From the IMG/VR virus record IMGVR_UViG_2582581260_000003: DNA of 64,000 bases. The stretch is one strand, 5' to 3'. Source of the stretch: a virus. Position numbers and translations under genes: made by a program. Under the pieces are notes generated by a model. That model did not search any database and had not been told where the DNA came from. It was given only the letters and a program-made list of their open reading frames with translations. Shown here piece after piece: positions 59,744-64,000 of the stretch (positions are counted from its first letter, which is position 1; the number at the start of each line of letters is the position of its first letter).

Positions 59744-60728
59744 TATCTGCCACCTGCCTTTCCAAATAACTTTTCTTTATATGCTGGGGCATGGACAGCC
59801 AAGTTATATCTTTCATTGCCACATTTATATAAGCAAACACCTCTTTGTGGAAATTTAATTAAATTATATTCTGATTCCTCTAGCTGCAATGTATCCATAT
59901 AAAACTGCTTATCAATGTTCCCTGCATTAAATAAAAAAGCGTGTGCCGGAATAGAAAACAGTGGCTTAGTCAGCTCCCTAATTCCTTCAATATTGAAGTC
60001 CTCAAGGTTTTGACTGCTAAGTATGACTGCTGATTCTTTCTTTCGCACTCGCTTCATAAAATTACGAATATATTCAATTGCTGTAAGATTTGTTAGGAAT
60101 AAATAAAGCTCATCGATTCCTGCTGCAGTATTTCCTTCTGTCAGTAGCTTATCTGACATAAAGGATAGTACATTAAATAGTAATGCATTTTTAACATTTT
60201 TACTGGCTTGAAGTAAACCCTTAACTCCAAACACTATAAATCGATTGGATGTTATATTGGTATGTCCATTAAAGAATTTACTCTCTGCCCCTTGGCACAT
60301 GGAATGGAGCCCAAGTAATATTTCCTGTAGTAACTCCTTTGTATAAAGTTGATATTTTTCATTATCATAGCCTTTATACTCTTCCTCTATTAGTAAATAA
60401 AAGTCTGATAAGATAGGATAGTCAATGGATTCTAATCTGCTAAAGTCCGCACTATCGCTAATATTATATTTGGTATAAAGTTTTCCAAGCATAATTTCAG
60501 TTACATCAATATGTTTATCATCAAAATCTTTATAAGAACGAAAGAAGTCCTTTAAAAAGCTAATATGTTGACTTAATTTAGTTGATTGCCTAAATGCAAG
60601 GGGAGCATCATTATCATGTGGACTTCCTTCTTCATCCCAAGTTTTAGGTTCTAGTGGGTTAATCATATATTCTCCACTCATTAAATCTACAAAGCATCCA
60701 CCTATATTTTCTGCTAATTCTACATATT
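59743..60728 (-). CDS. virB4: VirB4 conjugation ATPase, 3' exon
   Basis: After splicing reads DPEH-E-YVELAENIGG..., then INPLE, IDELYLF, KRVRK and SSQN. Confidence 0.9.
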
Positions 60729-63385
60729 GTATGGATAGGTAAGTCTTTGATATTATCTCCAACTTTTCCCCCCATTCACACCGTGCATAATGCTTTCACA
60801 TTACACGGCGTTCCATCAATATTTACTTATTTACACTAATTTCATTATTTCCAACTAAAATTCTTAGCTTATTAAGACGCTGAAAATCAATAATGGTTTT
60901 AAGATTAGCCTTTAATAATTTAGTTATGGTACTACTATCCGTTGCATGAACAAGTCTATGCATATCCATTGTCAGGAAAACAAGATTTGAATATTCATCT
61001 GTACCACCTAAATATTTAGGTCTTTTATGATGCGTATGCATTAATCCTATTTCAAGACGGCTACCACTAATATAGCATTTACCTCGTTGTGCAATATATA
61101 AGGATATTCTATTATCGTTATATTCTATTGTTTCCCCCTTAACTGGGTTCAGCATAAGATATTCCAAAACACGATGGTCTATTGTTTGTAGTCTTTTATG
61201 AATTTTCTCTCGTCCCTCCTTAGTGTAATTACAAATATCTTGTGAAAAACACATAGGTGGTTTTGTTTTGACTGCTACAATAGGATACAGAGCTATCCCT
61301 CGGATATAGGTAATTTTACCTTTATAGTCACCATAAAATTTAATAAAAGCTTTGCTTTTTACACCATTTGTTTTCTTTCTGTCTTTAGTTCTGCATTCAA
61401 GGCTCTTTTTGACATCAAAAGTTATTCTGTGGAAGTTAATGTTCACATTGGTTGCAACATTGTAGTAATTATGCAATCCTAATACAGTAGCATTATAGGC
61501 TTGTACATTTTCAATACTTGCTAGTTTACCAATGTCTTTTATTCTTCCCCTTAATTTATCTTTACATTTTTTAATGGACTTATCATTCAAATAAGATTTA
61601 ATAACGTATTTCTGACCCTTTTTCCAAAGTTTCATTTTTATCCCTAAAAACTCCGAATAGTTCTTCTTTAGATTAACTATTTTAGATTTTTCAGGGCTTA
61701 TTTCCAATCCTAAGCGTTCTTTTAACCAATTTTGGGTAGCAATAAAAATATTTTCAGCATCTGCCCTGCTGTTACAAAATAATTTAAAATCATCTGCATA
61801 ACGAGCTATATATATTTTCTTTAGTGTACCTTTGCTACCTTTGATTTGATTGGTTCTATATCTTTTCCTAACGGGATTTGTCTCCCACTGGGAAGATATC
61901 CACCAGTCCAACTCATTTAGAACAATATTAGATAGTAATGGACTTAATATTCCCCCTTGCGGGACACCTTTATCAGGTATTCCTATTCCTTTTATTTCAG
62001 CCCTAAGCATTTTTGATATTATACAAAGTAATCGCTTATCTCGAATACCCAATGACCACATCTGCTTTAAAAGCTTTCCGTGATTTACATTATCGAAAAA
62101 CCCTTTAATATCAATATCTACTACATATTGATGATTTTTAAGGTTTGTTAAAAACAATGCTCTTGCGATAGCATGGTGTGTGCCCCTATTAGGTCTAAAT
62201 CCATAACTGTGGTTATGAAATTTTGCTTCGCAAATTGGTTCTAAGACCTGCTTTATACATTGTTGTATTAACCTATCTTCGATAGTAGGAATACCAAGAG
62301 GTCTCTTTTTCCCATTTTCTTTTTCTATTTCTACCCTTCTCACGGAATGAGGAATAAAATTTCCCATTCTTTGGCGAACATAATTTACAAGCTTTTCTGG
62401 CTCATTATCTCTTATATCAATAATTGAGTTTTTATTTGTACCACTTGTTTTACTGCCTTTATTTTTCTTGATATTACGATAGGCTAGTAAAATATTTTCT
62501 TCACTTGTAATAATGTCATATAATTTATAAAAGTTTTGGTTATTAATTGCTTTGGAATAAAGGTCATCAAAAACAGTTTGAGTATTGTAATATTCATTGT
62601 TTCTGATTTTCTGTTTCTTTTTAAGCCTTTGAGTTTTTGTTGTCATAAGTCGGTTTCACTTCCTTTATTGAAAGTAATAACCTCTATTAGTCATACTCGA
62701 ACCTTATGCATATTTTATTATGAAATTGTGTTTTACTGTAAATATTGACTTGTGGCTATCCCTCCACCATTTATTATCATGGTTTCATTGGTACTGTGCC
62801 ACTGCCTTCTCTGAAACAAAAGCAAGTTATATATATTAGTTTTCCTTGCTACCACTTCATTGAGATTAAGCTCTCCATGTTTTCAGCTTACCACGTTCCG
62901 ATAATCTTATCTGTACATATACCCTTAGGTGCTTTCTATAAGCCTGGCTGCTTGATACTGCCTGTAACAGTATAAGGATTTTCATAAACACGAGTTTTAC
63001 TCATCCTCACAGACCTTGCGTTTAGCAATTATAGTCTTTCAACTAATTCCCCGTTTAGACCCGTACATTCAAAAGTTCGTCATTTAACCGTTTTTGCAGT
63101 TAAACATCCTCACCATAGGTATTTTATAGAACTCCAGCCTATCATACACTCGACCACCTCTGGTTCGCAGTTCTTCGCCTTTATGCGTTAGGGTGTACTC
63201 TCAGCTGACTTCACCGAGCTTATGACACTTCATTACCTAATTAATAAAATGCCATTCGGAGTATTAAGCAGGCGTTTTGGGGCGTTACTCCCTCATTCCA
63301 CCTATCAAATTATCAGTTCTCCAAGAATTATTTTAAATTTAAACATCTCTTGTGCATAACCTTTTCAGTTACGAACGTGTCGCAC
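60729..63385 (-). mobile_element. Group II intron inserted in virB4
   Basis: 5' GTGCG at 63385. Domain V GAACGCCGTGTAATGTGAAAGCATTATGCACGGTGT, domain VI ending ...CCTATCCATAC at 60729. Removal restores CAT G|AA TAT (HEY). Confidence 0.95.
60823..62646 (-). CDS. ltrA: Group II intron reverse transcriptase/maturase with HNH endonuclease
   Basis: RPLGIPTIEDR, SYGFRP, DIKGFFD, GVPQGGILSP and RYADD. C-terminal HTHHKRPKYLGGTDEYSNL...HRLVH. Confidence 0.95.
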   Translation of the reverse strand: MTTKTQRLKKKQKIRNNEYYNTQTVFDDLYSKAINNQNFYKLYDIITSEENILLAYRNIKKNKGSKTSGTNKNSIIDIRDNEPEKLVNYVRQRMGNFIPHSVRRVEIEKENGKKRPLGIPTIEDRLIQQCIKQVLEPICEAKFHNHSYGFRPNRGTHHAIARALFLTNLKNHQYVVDIDIKGFFDNVNHGKLLKQMWSLGIRDKRLLCIISKMLRAEIKGIGIPDKGVPQGGILSPLLSNIVLNELDWWISSQWETNPVRKRYRTNQIKGSKGTLKKIYIARYADDFKLFCNSRADAENIFIATQNWLKERLGLEISPEKSKIVNLKKNYSEFLGIKMKLWKKGQKYVIKSYLNDKSIKKCKDKLRGRIKDIGKLASIENVQAYNATVLGLHNYYNVATNVNINFHRITFDVKKSLECRTKDRKKTNGVKSKAFIKFYGDYKGKITYIRGIALYPIVAVKTKPPMCFSQDICNYTKEGREKIHKRLQTIDHRVLEYLMLNPVKGETIEYNDNRISLYIAQRGKCYISGSRLEIGLMHTHHKRPKYLGGTDEYSNLVFLTMDMHRLVHATDSSTITKLLKANLKTIIDFQRLNKLRILVGNNEISVNK

Positions 63386-64000
63386 CATGCTCAGGATCTA
63401 GACATATTACATTCTTTCCTGATTCTAAAATATTACATAATATCAGCTTTAATAAATAGCTTTTCCCTTGTCCAGAATTTCCTAAAATCAGAATACAAGG
63501 ATTGGTTTTGTCATCATCTCGTTTATCAAAATCTACAATAATATTTGAACCAAATTTATCTCTGCCTAGATAAAATCCATTACTATCAGTTTTACCTGAG
63601 TAGTTAAAAGGATAAAGATTTGCTACAGAAGATGCAGGAAGTACTCTTTCATATTGAGTGTCAAATACATTTCTTCCTGTTGGCCCAACACATAAAAATC
63701 CTTGCTGCTGGCGAAGCATAAGCCTATCTACATTTAACTTACTTCGTACAAGTTCCGTTAATACATCTGTCTGTAATAATTTTAAACCCTCATAATCACT
63801 TGCAATAAGCTCTATATATACTGCACAGTGAAACAATGGCTCCCTATTTCTATGCATAGTGGATACTAATGTTACCACATCTTGAAGGTTGCTTTCTGCT
63901 GTTACTGTCTGTTGTAAATCATTTGTATTTGAAGTATTCATCCTATTTTTATTAGCTGCATTATGGATAATTTTCTTTTCTTCATTTGGAGTTACCTGCC
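63386..64000 (-). CDS. virB4: VirB4 conjugation ATPase, 5' exon (start lies beyond the window)
   Basis: Frame is open to the window end. YPFNYSG, GFYLGRD, ILGNSGQGKS (Walker A) and CLDPEH. Confidence 0.9.

Larger units (their letters stand above)
27782..64000 (-). mobile_element. Integrative conjugative element with serine-recombinase triad, probably targeting rlmD/rumA (continues beyond the window)
   Basis: VirB4, VirD4, relaxase, NlpC/P60, ImmR/ImmA and the recombinase triad are present, with an att-like junction at 27782. Confidence 0.85.

Noticed and set aside
60729..60762. N-terminus MEIISKTYLSIQ of the 339-aa ORF, and C-terminal GATRS of the 190-aa ORF at 63369
   Set aside because: Both are intron sequence read in frame; the real product is spliced VirB4.
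60823..62646. RT as a retron, DGR or defence-associated RT
   Set aside because: It has maturase and HNH domains and is flanked by canonical group II intron ends.
474..63541. Numerous short ORFs antisense to long genes (e.g. 474-656, 10933-11295, 31898-32374, 35928-36287)
   Set aside because: Shadow ORFs opposite well-supported CDSs, with no motifs or RBS.

Overview
Low-GC Firmicute (Clostridia/Tissierellia-like) accessory region made almost entirely of mobile DNA. The right half (~27.8-64 kb, mostly minus strand) is part of an integrative conjugative element (ICE). It carries virB4 interrupted by an intact group II intron, NlpC/P60, a MobP3-type relaxase, a DUF3991/Toprim protein, VirD4, a four-gene restriction-modification module, an ImmR/ImmA switch, a serine-recombinase triad and a large nuclease-STAND cargo gene. 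The region from 7.7 to 27.8 kb is a tandem array of 2.5-6 kb cassettes, most holding candidate anti-phage genes: a KAP NTPase, an N4C MTase plus GHKL ATPase, an SF1 helicase-nuclease, an FRG protein and a HEPN-like protein. Each cassette is bounded by a co-oriented, attR-like junction containing a different spare 3' end of the 23S rRNA methyltransferase gene rlmD/rumA (HVE...stop). Six such tails were found and five share a conserved ~50-bp arm. Left of 7.3 kb lie a degenerate tRNA-Leu 3' end (likely the att site of a second island) and an Avs1-like MBL plus protease-STAND locus whose large gene is split by a -1 frameshift in an A7 run. An intact IS21-family element and remnants of a second IS21 and of an older recombinase are also present. 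All family assignments come from motif recognition, not database searches.
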